Shown here in pieces: positions 1 to 10,102 of a stretch of DNA of 64,000 nucleotides; within the stretch, counting starts at the first letter, position 1; each line of letters begins with the position of its first letter. The notes under the pieces were generated by a model, which ran no database searches, was not told where the DNA came from, and saw only the letters and a program-made list of their open reading frames with translations. The DNA comes from Burkholderiales bacterium. GTDB taxonomy: Bacteria > Pseudomonadota > Gammaproteobacteria > Burkholderiales > Casimicrobiaceae. The DNA lies in assembly GCA_031260355.1 (NCBI GenBank), contig JAIRJZ010000042.1:2855-66854 (forward strand), in the 5' to 3' direction. The position numbers were made by a program, and so were the translations under genes.

Positions 1-80
1 TACCTTTCAATAGATTAAAGATTGTTTCTAAAGCTGTTTCTTCAATGGCTTTGTAATGTCATATCGTGCCACGATACCCT

Positions 81-1787
81 CTAAGCCGTATTTTCCTGCG
101 CTTCGGCAGACGGCTCTGGAACCGGGGACACCGAGGCAGGTTGCACCACGGGTTCTACCGTCTCCCAACGCACCTCCCCGCCCTCTTTCTCCAGCGCCTG
201 CACGAAAGCGTCACGGCGGAACGCCTCTTCGGTATCGCGCTGCACCTGCTCACGGGCCTGCCGCTGCCGCGCCGCCAGCGAGCCGTTGGCGGCATCGGCT
301 TTTTCGAACGTCAATTGCAGGCGCTGCCCGCTGGCCGCTTCCAGCGCCTTTTTCAGCTTGTCGGCATTCGCCTTGTTCGCCAGATGATGCTGCGCTTCCG
401 GCAACGCCAGTGTCAGCGTTCCGCCGGCAAAGCCACGCCATTCGGTATGCGCCGCCAGTTGCGCCGCCATCCCTTTCAGCCCCAGCCCGGCGATCCAGTC
501 CGACCACTCGGCGCCGGAAGCGGGAAAGGTTCCGACCGTCGCGGGCGGCGGCTCCGGCAACGCCTCCCTTTCCATGTTCAGCGGCGGGGACTCCGGCTGC
601 AACGCTACGGACGATGTCGTTTCCACCGCTGCCCTTTCCGCTCCCGCTTTAACCGCTTTGGGTTCCGGCCGAACAGGAGCGGACGCAGCCGGGGGCGACG
701 AGGGCGCTCCCGGCGTAAACGCCAGCAGCCGCAACAACGTCATGCTCATCCCCATCGCTTCATCGGGCGCCAGCGCCAGATCGGCACGCCCCTGCAAGAC
801 AATCTGATAAAAGAGCTGAACGTCTTCCGCCGAAAAGCGCGCCGCCAGTGCCGCCACCTGCGCGCCGTCTTCAAAACTGTTCGCCGCTCCCGGCACCACT
901 TGCGCGACCGCGATCCGGTGAAACAGCGCAACCAATTCATCGAGCACCGCGCCGGCATCCAGCCCGCGCGCCGCCAGCCCGTCGGCTTCCGCCAGCAGCG
1001 TCACGCCGTCGTGCGCCGCCAGTGCTTCAACCAGACGATAAACATAATCGCGATCGACCGTCCCCAGCATCGCCCGCACCTGCGCTTCCTGAACGCTGCC
1101 GGCGCCGTAGGCGATCGCCTGATCGAGCAGCGACAGCGCGTCGCGCAAGGACCCGCGTGCCGCCCGTGCGATCAGCATCAGACCGCCGTCGTCGAACGCG
1201 ATGTTCTCCGCTTCCAGGATGTGCGCCAACCGCGCTTTCACCTGTTCGGTCGGCAGGGGTTTCAGCGAAAACTGTAAACAGCGCGACAACACCGTCACCG
1301 GGATTTTCTGCGGATCGGTTGTCGCCAAGACGAATTTGACATGCTCCGGCGGTTCTTCGAGCGTTTTCAGCATCGAATTGAACGCCGCTTTCGACAACAT
1401 GTGCACTTCGTCGATCAGATAAACCTTGTAGCGTCCGGCGGTCGGCGCATAACGGGCGTTGTCGAGAATCTCGCGCATGTTGTCGATGCCGGTATTCGAC
1501 GCTGCGTCGAGTTCGAGCAAATCGACAAACCGCCCCTCGTCGATCGCCGTACAGACGGCGCACTGCCCGCACGGCGTCGCCGTCACGCCCTGTTCGCAGT
1601 TGAGACTCTTCGCCAGAATCCGCGCCAGCGTGGTCTTGCCGACGCCGCGCGTGCCGGTCAATAAATAAGCATGGTGGACACGGCCTCGGGTCAGCGCGTT
1701 TTGCAGCGCCGTCACCACATGGGACTGCCCCACCAGTTCCGCAAAAGTCCGGGGACGCCACTGACGGGCAAGCGCTTGATAACTCAT
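81..1787 (-). CDS. dnaX: DNA polymerase III subunits gamma/tau
   Basis: ORF 81..1841. MSYQALARQWRPRTFAELVGQSHV..., Walker A GTRGVGKTT, Zn-module CGQCAVC. ATG at 1787 preferred over the upstream in-frame start. Confidence 0.95.
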   Translation of the reverse strand: MSYQALARQWRPRTFAELVGQSHVVTALQNALTRGRVHHAYLLTGTRGVGKTTLARILAKSLNCEQGVTATPCGQCAVCTAIDEGRFVDLLELDAASNTGIDNMREILDNARYAPTAGRYKVYLIDEVHMLSKAAFNSMLKTLEEPPEHVKFVLATTDPQKIPVTVLSRCLQFSLKPLPTEQVKARLAHILEAENIAFDDGGLMLIARAARGSLRDALSLLDQAIAYGAGSVQEAQVRAMLGTVDRDYVYRLVEALAAHDGVTLLAEADGLAARGLDAGAVLDELVALFHRIAVAQVVPGAANSFEDGAQVAALAARFSAEDVQLFYQIVLQGRADLALAPDEAMGMSMTLLRLLAFTPGAPSSPPAASAPVRPEPKAVKAGAERAAVETTSSVALQPESPPLNMEREALPEPPPATVGTFPASGAEWSDWIAGLGLKGMAAQLAAHTEWRGFAGGTLTLALPEAQHHLANKANADKLKKALEAASGQRLQLTFEKADAANGSLAARQRQAREQVQRDTEEAFRRDAFVQALEKEGGEVRWETVEPVVQPASVSPVPEPSAEAQENTA

Positions 1788-1902
1788 GTCGGATATTCTG
1801 GAAAAAGGCGGATCGGGACAATGCCGCATTTTAGCGCACACCGTCCGGCAGCATCACGCGCTTCCGGACGGCGGGCATCGCCGATGATCGGCCAATGGCA
1901 AA

Positions 1903-2002
1903 GGGTGGCGAGCCGAACCCCCGGCACTTGCACAAACTCGTTAGGGCTGCTTCCTTCCGAACCTGACCCGGTTGGCAAGCGTGCAATGCGGGGCGACCCG
2001 CC
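1903..2002 (-). ncRNA. ffs: Signal recognition particle RNA (4.5S type)
   Basis: Reverse complement reads ggcgggtcgcc...ccgggtcaggttcggaaggaagcagccc...ggctcgccaccc. This carries the conserved domain IV motif GGUCAGGUxCGGAAGGAAGCAGCC with complementary 5'/3' ends, and lies directly upstream of dnaX. Ends are approximate. Confidence 0.85.
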
Positions 2003-2399
2003 GAAAAACGGTTTTCCTTCAACACGGAAAGGCCGAATTATAGCGGGCTTTCACTTTTTTGGCAGAGCCCGCCTCGAAGCCCTTTCCGGCGTTACGAGGA
2101 GCAAAGCGACAAAACGCCCAGAAACATGTAAGCGCAAAATCCCCCGGATCGCTTCCGGCTGTCGGCTTGGTAATGGGCGGCGTTGAAAAAACGCGCCCCA
2201 ACCGCTCCCGTTTCCCGCTTGCTGGAAACCTCGCAAAGCCCGCGAATCGCCGGAAACCCCTCAAAACACCCACAACCTGTAGTGGTTTAGCGACATTTAC
2301 TGCACAATCTGTAGCAGAAATGCGATTTTTAGAAGTTTTACAATTTAACGATGGGCTTATCCAGAGAACATAGGAAAAGTTCGGCTATAATCGCCACCG

Positions 2400-3980
2400 A
2401 TGTCAAAACACACCTTCTTCCGAAGGCGGCAGCAGGCATCGCGGCACGGTTTTTCCGATTCTTCTTACATACGGCGGGTTGTTTTCCGCTTTTGCCGCAA
2501 TCTGCTGTTGTTGCCTGTGTTGGCGCTTCTGGCCTGCGACCACCCGCCGACACCGCCGTCTTCCCTCTTTTCGGCTGAAGCTCAAGCCGCCCTGCCCCGA
2601 GACGCCCCGGCGTTTTCGGTGTTGACGGTCGCGTTCTGTTCCGACCCGGCAAGCTGGTTCATCAGCGGCAACGGCGAATTCGCCGGTTTCGAATACGACT
2701 TGCTGGATAAATTCGCGCAGGAAGTGCGGTTGACGCTCCGCCCCACCGCCGTCAAAAACGGCACCGAACTGCGAACCTCTCTCAAAAAGTCCCGAGCCAG
2801 CCTCAGCACCGGCCTCTACCGGTCTGGCCCGGACAGTGATGACGGGATTGTCTGGACCGACAGCTTCTATACCACCGAGCCGGTCATCGTTTACAACACC
2901 GACATCCGCCGCCCCAAAGGCTGGGAACAGATTACCGGCGATGCCGTCGCCTATCTCGAAAATTCGGGCATGGAGTCGTTGATCGCGGAACTGTCGGAGG
3001 CACACCCCGGCATCCGCTGGAAACCGGTGGCGGCGCCTTCCACCGACGCGCTGTTGTCGCAAGTCGATGACGGCACCTACCCCTATGCGCTGGTCACGTC
3101 GCACAAAGCCGTGCTCGCCCGCAATATTTATCTGAACTTCGCGACGGCGTTCTCGACCGGCGCCCGCATCGAACTGGCCTGGGCACTGCCGGCGAACAAA
3201 CATTACCTGCTCGACGCCCTGAATTCTTTCATCGCCCACGCCAAGGAAAGCGGCCTGATCGACCGGCTCGCCGAGCGCTATTTCCATCCTTCCGGAAAGA
3301 TGCAACGGATCGACGCCGGCGTCTTCCAGGAACGTATCCGCAACGACTTGCCGCAACTGCGTCCGTTGTTCCACCGCGCTCAGGAAACAACCGGGGTGGA
3401 ATGGCGTTTGCTGGCGGCAGTCGCCTATCAGGAATCGCAATGGGATCCCCTCGCCACCAGCGAGACCGGCGTACGCGGTTTCATGCAGATTACCGGGGAC
3501 ACGGCGCGCTTTCTCGGCGTCAAAAACCGGCTCGATCCGAATGAAAGCATCCAGGCCGCCGCCGGTTATCTGAGAGACCTCAAAGGCCGCTTGCCGGACA
3601 ACATTGCCGAGCCTGACCGTACCTGGATGGCGCTCGCTTCCTACAACATCGGCCTCGGCCATCTCGAAGACGCCCGCCGGCTGGCACGCGAGCAGGGTCT
3701 CAACCCGCTGTTGTGGAAAGACATCAAGCAGACGCTGCCGTTGCTGGCACAGCCGGAGTATTACAGCCGCGCCCGCTACGGCTACGCGCGCGGCGGCATG
3801 CCGGTCGCCTTTGTCGATCGGGTTCGCGCTTACTACGACATTCTGCTGTGGCATGAACCGACGCACGACCTCTTGCGGCTGCATGCCGCCGACGGTGGCA
3901 ACGTTCGCGCGCTTCGAGGCGATACCATGGCAGCGCTTTCAACAAAGCCGCGATTGAAGCAAGAAGAACGGTTGATATAA
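2400..3980 (+). CDS. mltF: Membrane-bound lytic murein transglycosylase F (SBP_bac_3 + SLT domains)
   Basis: Lipobox-like LALLAC. The C-terminal SLT region reads EWRLLAAVAYQESQWDPLATSETGVRGFMQIT. The exact start is uncertain. Confidence 0.88.
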   Translation: MSKHTFFRRRQQASRHGFSDSSYIRRVVFRFCRNLLLLPVLALLACDHPPTPPSSLFSAEAQAALPRDAPAFSVLTVAFCSDPASWFISGNGEFAGFEYDLLDKFAQEVRLTLRPTAVKNGTELRTSLKKSRASLSTGLYRSGPDSDDGIVWTDSFYTTEPVIVYNTDIRRPKGWEQITGDAVAYLENSGMESLIAELSEAHPGIRWKPVAAPSTDALLSQVDDGTYPYALVTSHKAVLARNIYLNFATAFSTGARIELAWALPANKHYLLDALNSFIAHAKESGLIDRLAERYFHPSGKMQRIDAGVFQERIRNDLPQLRPLFHRAQETTGVEWRLLAAVAYQESQWDPLATSETGVRGFMQITGDTARFLGVKNRLDPNESIQAAAGYLRDLKGRLPDNIAEPDRTWMALASYNIGLGHLEDARRLAREQGLNPLLWKDIKQTLPLLAQPEYYSRARYGYARGGMPVAFVDRVRAYYDILLWHEPTHDLLRLHAADGGNVRALRGDTMAALSTKPRLKQEERLI

Positions 3981-3988
3981 AAGAAACC

Positions 3989-4016
3989 GTCATTCCGGCG
4001 AAAGCCGGAATCCAGG
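3989..4016 (+). repeat. REP-type palindromic unit R1 (gtcattccggcgaaagccggaatccagg)
   Basis: Perfect hairpin ccggc-gaaa-gccgg with GTCATT/AATCC flanks. The same unit occurs at 4512..4539, inverted at 4402..4430, and as a variant at 48522..48548. Confidence 0.85.
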
Positions 4017-4075
4017 CATATCCAGGACATGTTTCGTCGAAGCGCATAACTTGATATACCTTGTGCTTGAGGCTT

Positions 4076-4378
4076 ATGTCGAGACAACCTTGTGTTTATC
4101 TTCTTGCCAGCGAACGTAATGGAGCGCTATACATCGGCGTCACCTCCAATCTGCTTCAGCGTGTCTGGCAACACAAAGAAGATGTCGTCGAAGGGTTTAC
4201 GCGACGCTACGGTGTGAAAGCACTGGTATGGTACGAGCTGCATGAAACGATGGATTCCGCCATCGCTCGTGAGAAGGCGCTCAAATCATGGAAGAGGTCT
4301 TGGAAATTGCAGTTGATTGAAAACACGAATCCGACATGGGCGGATTTATATCCTTCTTTGCTTGCAGAGCGTCCTTGA
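4076..4378 (+). CDS. Small stand-alone GIY-YIG nuclease family protein (UPF0213/YhbQ-like)
   Basis: MSRQPCVYLLASERNGALYIGVTSNLLQRVWQHK... carries the GIY (VYLL..) and YIG (LYIGVT) motifs. A GAGG sits 4 nt upstream of the ATG. The gene is AT-richer than its neighbours. Confidence 0.85.
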   Translation: MSRQPCVYLLASERNGALYIGVTSNLLQRVWQHKEDVVEGFTRRYGVKALVWYELHETMDSAIAREKALKSWKRSWKLQLIENTNPTWADLYPSLLAERP

Positions 4379-4401
4379 AACTCAAGGAAAAGCTCACGCC
4401 T

Positions 4402-4430
4402 CCTGGATTCCGCCTTTCGCCGGAATGACG
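4402..4430 (-). repeat. REP unit R1, inverted orientation (1 stem mismatch)
   Basis: cctggattccgcctttcgccggaatgacg is the reverse complement of R1. Confidence 0.8.
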
Positions 4431-4511
4431 CGGTTTTTTTACTGCTTTTCTTAATAGCAACAAGGGGCTTTTCTCGACGGCTGGCGTTGTCTAGTGTGCC
4501 GCCATTTCTCC

Positions 4512-4539
4512 GTCATTCCGGCGAAAGCCGGAATCCAGG
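4512..4539 (+). repeat. REP unit R1
   Basis: gtcattccggcgaaagccggaatccagg, identical to 3989..4016. Confidence 0.85.
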
Positions 4540-4592
4540 TTTTTTTCCGAGGGCTTCGTTGCCGCGCTATGTACGACTCGCCAGAAACGGCT

Positions 4593-5327
4593 CTAGTGAA
4601 CGAGAATCTTGTCCAGAAATTGCTGGGCGCGTTCGCTGCGCGGTTTCTTGAAAAAATCTTCTTTCGTTGCGTCCTCGACGATCACTCCGTGGTCCATGAA
4701 CAGCACCCGTCGCGCCACTTTCTGCGCAAACCCCATTTCATGGGTGACCACCATCATGGTCATTCCCTCTTGCGCCAACTGCACCATCACGTCGAGCACT
4801 TCGCGGATCATTTCCGGGTCGAGCGCCGAAGTCGGTTCATCGAACAACATGCAGATCGGATCCATCGACAACGCCCGCGCGATGGCCACCCGCTGCTGCT
4901 GACCGCCGGAAAGCTGGCCGGGAAATTTGTCCTTGTGCAACAGCAAACCAACGCGCTCCAGGTACTGCATTCCTTTCGCCTCCGCCTCGTCGCGCGACCG
5001 CCCCAAAACCTTGACCTGCGCCAGCGTCAGATTGTTGCGTACCGACAAATGCGGAAACAACTCAAAATGCTGGAACACCATTCCCACCTGTGCTCGCAAT
5101 TTCGGCAGATTGGTTTTTGACGACGTCAGTGAAATATTGTTGACCAGTATCTCGCCTTTCTGGATCGGCTCCAGCCCGTTCACCGTTTTGATCAGCGTCG
5201 ATTTACCGCATCCCGACGGGCCGCAAATCACCACCACTTCACCTTTATCGACACGGGTCGTACAATCCTTCAGTGCCTGAAAGTTTCCGTACCATTTCGA
5301 AACGTTTTGAATGTCGATCATCGGCAT
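4593..5327 (-). CDS. gltL: Polar amino-acid (glutamate/aspartate-type) ABC transporter ATP-binding protein
   Basis: [22 protein letters not shown]..., Walker [10 protein letters not shown], signature [13 protein letters not shown]. The start could also be 5321. Confidence 0.9.
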   Translation of the reverse strand: MPMIDIQNVSKWYGNFQALKDCTTRVDKGEVVVICGPSGCGKSTLIKTVNGLEPIQKGEILVNNISLTSSKTNLPKLRAQVGMVFQHFELFPHLSVRNNLTLAQVKVLGRSRDEAEAKGMQYLERVGLLLHKDKFPGQLSGGQQQRVAIARALSMDPICMLFDEPTSALDPEMIREVLDVMVQLAQEGMTMMVVTHEMGFAQKVARRVLFMDHGVIVEDATKEDFFKKPRSERAQQFLDKILVH

Positions 5328-5346
5328 TTTCTTTTCCCTTCCATCT

Positions 5347-6108
5347 CTAACGGACGATGGCAATGTTTCGCTGCAAACGGCGCACGCCAAACGAAAGCAT
5401 CAGACAAATCACAAAATACACCAGCGCCGCAAAAAGATACATTTCCACCAGCCGCCCGTCGCGTTGCGCCACTTTTGATGCCGCTCCCAGGAAATCGGTG
5501 ATCGACAACACATAAACCAGCGACGTGTCCTGAAACAGAATGATCGTTTGCGTCAGCAGCACCGGCAACATGTTGCGAAACGCCTGCGGCAAAATCACGT
5601 AGAACATCGACTGCCAGTAGTTCAGTCCCAACGCGTAACTGGCGCCTTCCTGTCCGCGCGACACCGACAAAATACCGGAGCGCATGATTTCACAGTAATA
5701 CGCCGCCTGAAACAGCGTGAAGGTGGCGACCGTCGAAGCGAAAGCGCCGATATGCAACGGCTGGCCGTCTCTGACCTGATAGCCGAAAATGTTGACCAGC
5801 ACTTCTCCGACCGGACGCGGCAGTACCTGATACAACTCGTGCAGCAGATAACCGCCCACATACGGCATCAGGAAGTAGCACCAGAAAATCACCAGCAGCA
5901 ACGGAATGGCGCGCGTCAGATTGACATACATTCCTGCTGGTATCGAGAAAATACGATACTTCGAAAGCCGCATCATCGCCAGCAGCGTGCCCAGAATGAT
6001 CCCGCCGGTCATGGCGCACACCGTCAGCTTCAGCGTAAACACCATCCCGTCGCGGAACAGATACGGCAACGAGCGCTCGATAACATTAAAGTCGAAATCG
6101 GCAAACAT
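5347..6108 (-). CDS. gltK: Amino-acid ABC transporter permease
   Basis: [29 protein letters not shown] parallels the GltK N-terminus. Polytopic membrane protein. An alternative GTG at 6120 overlaps the gltJ stop. Confidence 0.85.
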   Translation of the reverse strand: MFADFDFNVIERSLPYLFRDGMVFTLKLTVCAMTGGIILGTLLAMMRLSKYRIFSIPAGMYVNLTRAIPLLLVIFWCYFLMPYVGGYLLHELYQVLPRPVGEVLVNIFGYQVRDGQPLHIGAFASTVATFTLFQAAYYCEIMRSGILSVSRGQEGASYALGLNYWQSMFYVILPQAFRNMLPVLLTQTIILFQDTSLVYVLSITDFLGAASKVAQRDGRLVEMYLFAALVYFVICLMLSFGVRRLQRNIAIVR

Positions 6109-6116
6109 GGCGCGCC

Positions 6117-6875
6117 TCACTCCGTCGCCGGTCGATCAGCTTTGCCGCTGATAAAGCCGGGAACCGCGCTTTTCTTTTCGAGAACGCGCATCACAATCAC
6201 GACCACGATGTTGATGACGACGTAAATGATCGTCGCCGCAGTGAATGCTTCAAACACTTGAAAGCTGAATTCCTGCATCGAACGTGCCGCCGAGGTCAAT
6301 TCCACCAGACCGATGGTCAGCGCCACCGACGAGTTTTTGATGACGTTCATCAATTCGGAAGTAAGCGTCGGCGTGATGATTCGATAAACCACCGGCAGCA
6401 ATACATGGCGGTAGGTTTGCGCCAAAGTCAGCCCCACCGCCAAACCAGCCAGACGCTGACCGCTCGACAGCGATTCGATGCCGGCGCGTACTTGTTCGGC
6501 CACCCGCGCCGAAATGAAGAAAGACAGACAGGCCACCGCCGGCCAGAAGGACGCCCATGGCGGCGCCATCGCTTTCACTGCATTGCCCGCCGCCGTCGGC
6601 AAAAGCTCCGGCAATACGAAATACCAGAGAAACATTTGCACCAGAAGCGGAATATTGCGAAAGAGCTCGACGTAAGCCGCGCCAATCGTCCGCAACGTCC
6701 GCGACGGCGTCGTGCGCATCACCCCGACGATCGAACCAAGCAAGAATGCCAGCACTGCCGACAGCAACGCCGTTGCCAGCGTCCACTGCATGCCGTCGAT
6801 CAGCGTATTGAGGTAGGTGCCGTTACCGTCGGGCGAAAGCTCCCAGAAAATGTTCCAGTTCCAGTTATAGTTCAC
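6117..6875 (-). CDS. gltJ: Amino-acid ABC transporter permease
   Basis: MNYNWNWNIFWELSPDGNGTYLNTLIDG... parallels the GltJ N-terminus. Second permease of the operon. Confidence 0.85.
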   Translation of the reverse strand: MNYNWNWNIFWELSPDGNGTYLNTLIDGMQWTLATALLSAVLAFLLGSIVGVMRTTPSRTLRTIGAAYVELFRNIPLLVQMFLWYFVLPELLPTAAGNAVKAMAPPWASFWPAVACLSFFISARVAEQVRAGIESLSSGQRLAGLAVGLTLAQTYRHVLLPVVYRIITPTLTSELMNVIKNSSVALTIGLVELTSAARSMQEFSFQVFEAFTAATIIYVVINIVVVIVMRVLEKKSAVPGFISGKADRPATE

Positions 6876-7004
6876 CCCAACCCTCGCGTCTTTCCGGTAA
6901 AGACTTGTTCATTCGCGTTTTTGTTCCCGCCACATCAACACATGCGACGGGCGCTTTACCGCAGGCACCCGCCGCACATTTATTGTAATCGCTTTCGTCA
7001 ACTT

Positions 7005-7913
7005 TTATTGGTAATCCTTGGGATCGCCGGAATCGGTCGGTTGCTCGAAGATTTTCTTTTGCAACGGGCTGAGCGGCACGTTGAGATTCACCCCGCGCGG
7101 CGGAATCGGCGACAAGAACCATTTCTTGTAAAGCGCCTCGCCTTCACCGCTAGCGAACGTTTTCTTGAACGCCCGATCGACAACATCCTTGAACGGTTGG
7201 TCATCCTTGCGAACCAGCGCGCCGTAAGGCTCGACCGTCAGCCAGTCATCCGACAAGATGTAATCGCCCGGCGCTTTGGCGTTGGCAATCAAGCCGTAAA
7301 TCAGAATGTCGTCCATCACGAACGCTTCCGCCCGTCCCGATTCAACCAGCAAAAATCCTTCGGCATGATCCTTGGCCGAGATGACGTTCATTCCGTAGCT
7401 CTCTTTGCCGTTCATTTCGGCCAGCAGTTTGGCGCTGGTGGTTCCGGCGGTGGTCGATACCGTCCGCCCTTTCAGGTCTTTGAACGACTTGATCGGCGAA
7501 CTCTTCTTGGTGACGAACTTGGTGGTGATCACGAAATACGTCGGCGAAAACCACGCCTGCTTTTGCCGCTCGAGATTGTTGGTGGTTGAACCGCACTCGA
7601 TGTCAACAGTGCCGTTGGCGATCAACGGAATCCGGGTTGAAGACGTCACCGGATTGAGGTTGACCTTGAGGTTCTCCAGCTTCAGTTCGGCCTTGAGTTC
7701 ATCGGCAACCTTCAAACACAAATCAAGCGCATAGCCGACCACGTTTTGTTTATCGTCGTAATAAGTGAACGGTATCGAAGAATCCCGGTGCCCGATCGTG
7801 AGCGTGCCAGTGTCCTTGATTTTTTTCAACGTGCCAGTCAACTCCTGTGCCACCGCCGGCATCGCCAGGCACGTCATCACCGCCAACAGCAGCGGAATAT
7901 GGGTCTTGCGCAT
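7005..7913 (-). CDS. gltI: Glutamate/aspartate-type periplasmic substrate-binding protein
   Basis: Signal peptide MRKTHIPLLLAVMTCLAMPAVAQ followed by an SBP_bac_3-like body. First gene of the gltIJKL-like operon. Confidence 0.85.
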   Translation of the reverse strand: MRKTHIPLLLAVMTCLAMPAVAQELTGTLKKIKDTGTLTIGHRDSSIPFTYYDDKQNVVGYALDLCLKVADELKAELKLENLKVNLNPVTSSTRIPLIANGTVDIECGSTTNNLERQKQAWFSPTYFVITTKFVTKKSSPIKSFKDLKGRTVSTTAGTTSAKLLAEMNGKESYGMNVISAKDHAEGFLLVESGRAEAFVMDDILIYGLIANAKAPGDYILSDDWLTVEPYGALVRKDDQPFKDVVDRAFKKTFASGEGEALYKKWFLSPIPPRGVNLNVPLSPLQKKIFEQPTDSGDPKDYQ

Positions 7914-8116
7914 AAAGCCTCCTATCCTCAATTGACTACTCAACAAAAAAACGCTCGGCAGCATGTGAAAGCGCCGCCGCCTTGCCTACACTTTTCTATT
8001 CTGTAACGTTTCCCCGGAAGTTTTGCTCTTCATGATTCAAGCAGCTAATGTATACTAAATTTTTCATCGTTGCGCTTTTTTCTACATCCGTCCCTCCACA
8101 TTCTCCCGGTACTGTC

Positions 8117-9649
8117 ATGCCTTCCTTCGCGGGCCCCGCCAATGCTACGCCGCTATCACCGTTACTGACCGTTCCGCAACTGCGTTCCGTCGAAAAACGT
8201 TACGCCGAAGCGTCATTGATGGAAAAAGCCGGCGCGGCGGCGTTTCGGCTCATTGAATCTCTGCTACCGAAAACCTCTGCTGACGGCTCGATCGTCATCC
8301 TCTGCGGGCCGGGCAACAACGGCGGCGACGGCCTGACGCTCGCCCGGCTGTTGCGCGAGCAAGGGTTCTCGCCCTGCGTCATCGCCCCCGTTACCGACGC
8401 TTTACCGCCGGATGCCGACGAAGCGCTCGCCAAATTCCTCGATCGCGGCGGCATTCTGCACACCACGCTCCCCGATCTGCCCGCGCCGCCTGCATTGATC
8501 GTCGATGCCATCTTCGGCATCGGGCTGAACCGCGCTCCCGACCCGCCCTTCGACGGCCTCATCCGCTGGGTCAACGACACGCACACCGCCCATCGCACCC
8601 CCGTCGTGTCGCTCGACATCCCCAGCGGACTCGCTGGCGACACCGGTGTGGCTTGGCCGCCGACCGTCCGCGCTACCGTGACCCTCAGCTTCATCGCGCT
8701 CAAACCCGGTCTGCTGACGCTCGACGGCCCCGATTGCTGCGGCGAACTGCGCTTTTCCACCCTCGACATCCCGCCCGCCGACCTTGCGGCAAATGCCGAC
8801 GCTCAGGCGCTCCATCGTCGTTTCATTGAAACGCACCTGCCTGTTGTCATGCGCCGCCGTTTCCGCAATGTCCACAAAGGCAGTTTCGGCTGTCTGGCCG
8901 TTCTTGGCGGCGCTTCGGGCATGAGCGGCGCGCCGCTGCTCGCCGGACGGGCGGCCGCACGCTTGGGTGCCGGCAAGGTTCGCGTCGGTTTTCTCGGCGA
9001 TACCCCGCTCTTCGACCCCGGTTGTCCCGAATTGATGCTGCACTCCGCCCAGACGTTGCTGCGCATGCCGCACGATGCCTGGGCCATTGGCTGCGGGCTT
9101 GGCACTTCTCCTCCCGCGCCGGACATTCTGATGGCGGCGCTCCCGTTCGACGCGCCGGTGCTGCTCGATGCCGATGCTTTGACTTTGCTCGGTCATCACC
9201 CCGAATGGGTTGCCCGCGTGGCCGAGCGGCATGCCCCCACCGTGCTCACGCCGCATCCGGCAGAAGCCGCTTGCCTGCTGCAATGCAGCACCGACGAAAT
9301 TCAACGCCACCGCCCGCAAGCCGCCCGCGACATCGCCCGACGCTACCGCGCCCATACCGTACTCAAAGGCTGCGGCAGCATCATCGCCGACCCCGCCGGC
9401 TCGTGGGTGATCAACACCACCGGCAACCCGGCGCTGGCGTTCGGCGGCAGCGGTGACGTGCTGGCAGGAATGGTCGGCGCCCTGTTGGCGCAAGGCGTCG
9501 AAGCGTCGCAGGCGTTGCGCTACGCCGTGTGTCTGCACGGCGCGGCGGCAGATGCGCTGGTTGAGAAGAAAGAAGGACCTCTCGGCGTTCTCTCGGAAGA
9601 CATCATCCGGTCAGCCGCACGTTTGGTCAACGAAGCGATTGCATTGTAG
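8117..9649 (+). CDS. nnr: Bifunctional NAD(P)H-hydrate repair enzyme (epimerase + ADP-dependent dehydratase)
   Basis: YjeF_N motif GPGNNGGDG and the C-terminal kinase-fold motif GGSGDVLAG. The ORF opens at 8048; the ATG at 8117 was chosen. Confidence 0.9.
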   Translation: MPSFAGPANATPLSPLLTVPQLRSVEKRYAEASLMEKAGAAAFRLIESLLPKTSADGSIVILCGPGNNGGDGLTLARLLREQGFSPCVIAPVTDALPPDADEALAKFLDRGGILHTTLPDLPAPPALIVDAIFGIGLNRAPDPPFDGLIRWVNDTHTAHRTPVVSLDIPSGLAGDTGVAWPPTVRATVTLSFIALKPGLLTLDGPDCCGELRFSTLDIPPADLAANADAQALHRRFIETHLPVVMRRRFRNVHKGSFGCLAVLGGASGMSGAPLLAGRAAARLGAGKVRVGFLGDTPLFDPGCPELMLHSAQTLLRMPHDAWAIGCGLGTSPPAPDILMAALPFDAPVLLDADALTLLGHHPEWVARVAERHAPTVLTPHPAEAACLLQCSTDEIQRHRPQAARDIARRYRAHTVLKGCGSIIADPAGSWVINTTGNPALAFGGSGDVLAGMVGALLAQGVEASQALRYAVCLHGAAADALVEKKEGPLGVLSEDIIRSAARLVNEAIAL

Positions 9650-9668
9650 GGGAGGCAATCTGCCTCCC
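9649..9668. repeat. Short hairpin unit (ggggaggcaatctgcctccc)
   Basis: Overlaps the nnr stop. A near copy, ggggaggcaacctgcctacc, lies at 9897..9916. Confidence 0.6.
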
Positions 9669-9705
9669 GTCATTCTGCGCAAAGCGAAGCGGAGTCGCAG
9701 AATCC
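9669..9705 (+). repeat. REP-type unit R2 (gtcattctgcgc-aagcgaagcg-gagtcgcagaatcc)
   Basis: Stem ctgcg/cgcag with GTCATT/AATCC flanks. Copies lie at 27077..27113 (inverted) and inside the MITE-like elements at 39844 and 58727. Confidence 0.8.
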
Positions 9706-9719
9706 ACATGTTTTTTGCT

Positions 9720-9753
9720 GGACTGCTACGTCGCTTTGCGACCCGCAATGACG
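9720..9753 (-). repeat. REP-type unit R3 (cgtcattgcgggtcgcaaagcgacgtagcagtcc on the minus strand)
   Basis: Related to 26959..26996 (gcggcattgcgagaagcaaagcgacgaagcaatccag). Confidence 0.65.
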
Positions 9754-10102
9754 AAACCTCACCCCCCGATCAAAAGCGCGGTTGAGATGAGTTTGCGAAT
9801 CCCGACATCTGAATGCAAAATGGACATGGAATACAGACGCGCATGGCGGGCGGCAAATTGCCGCCCCTTCGCCACCATCGAAACGCACTGCCCTTAGGGG
9901 AGGCAACCTGCCTACCTGCTCAAGAAGCGCTTTTCGCGAATTTCTGGAAGATGTTACTCGTAACCCGTCGCTCCCGCGTAGGCGAGAGTCAGCCTACGAC
10001 ACTGCGTTCCTTGTGGTTGAAACAAAAAAGCCCGCCCAACCAGGACGAGCTTTGCGAAACCCAAGGTTTGAAGTCAACCCATCGGTTCAGCGACAACCCC
10101 CT

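Noticed and set aside
330-370. A dnaX programmed -1 frameshift site (A AAA AAG-like), seen as gaaaaagg on the minus strand.
   Set aside because: The run has only five A's and lies near the extreme C-terminus (KLKKALEAA). That is not at the domain III/IV boundary where the gamma frameshift occurs, and no downstream hairpin context is evident.
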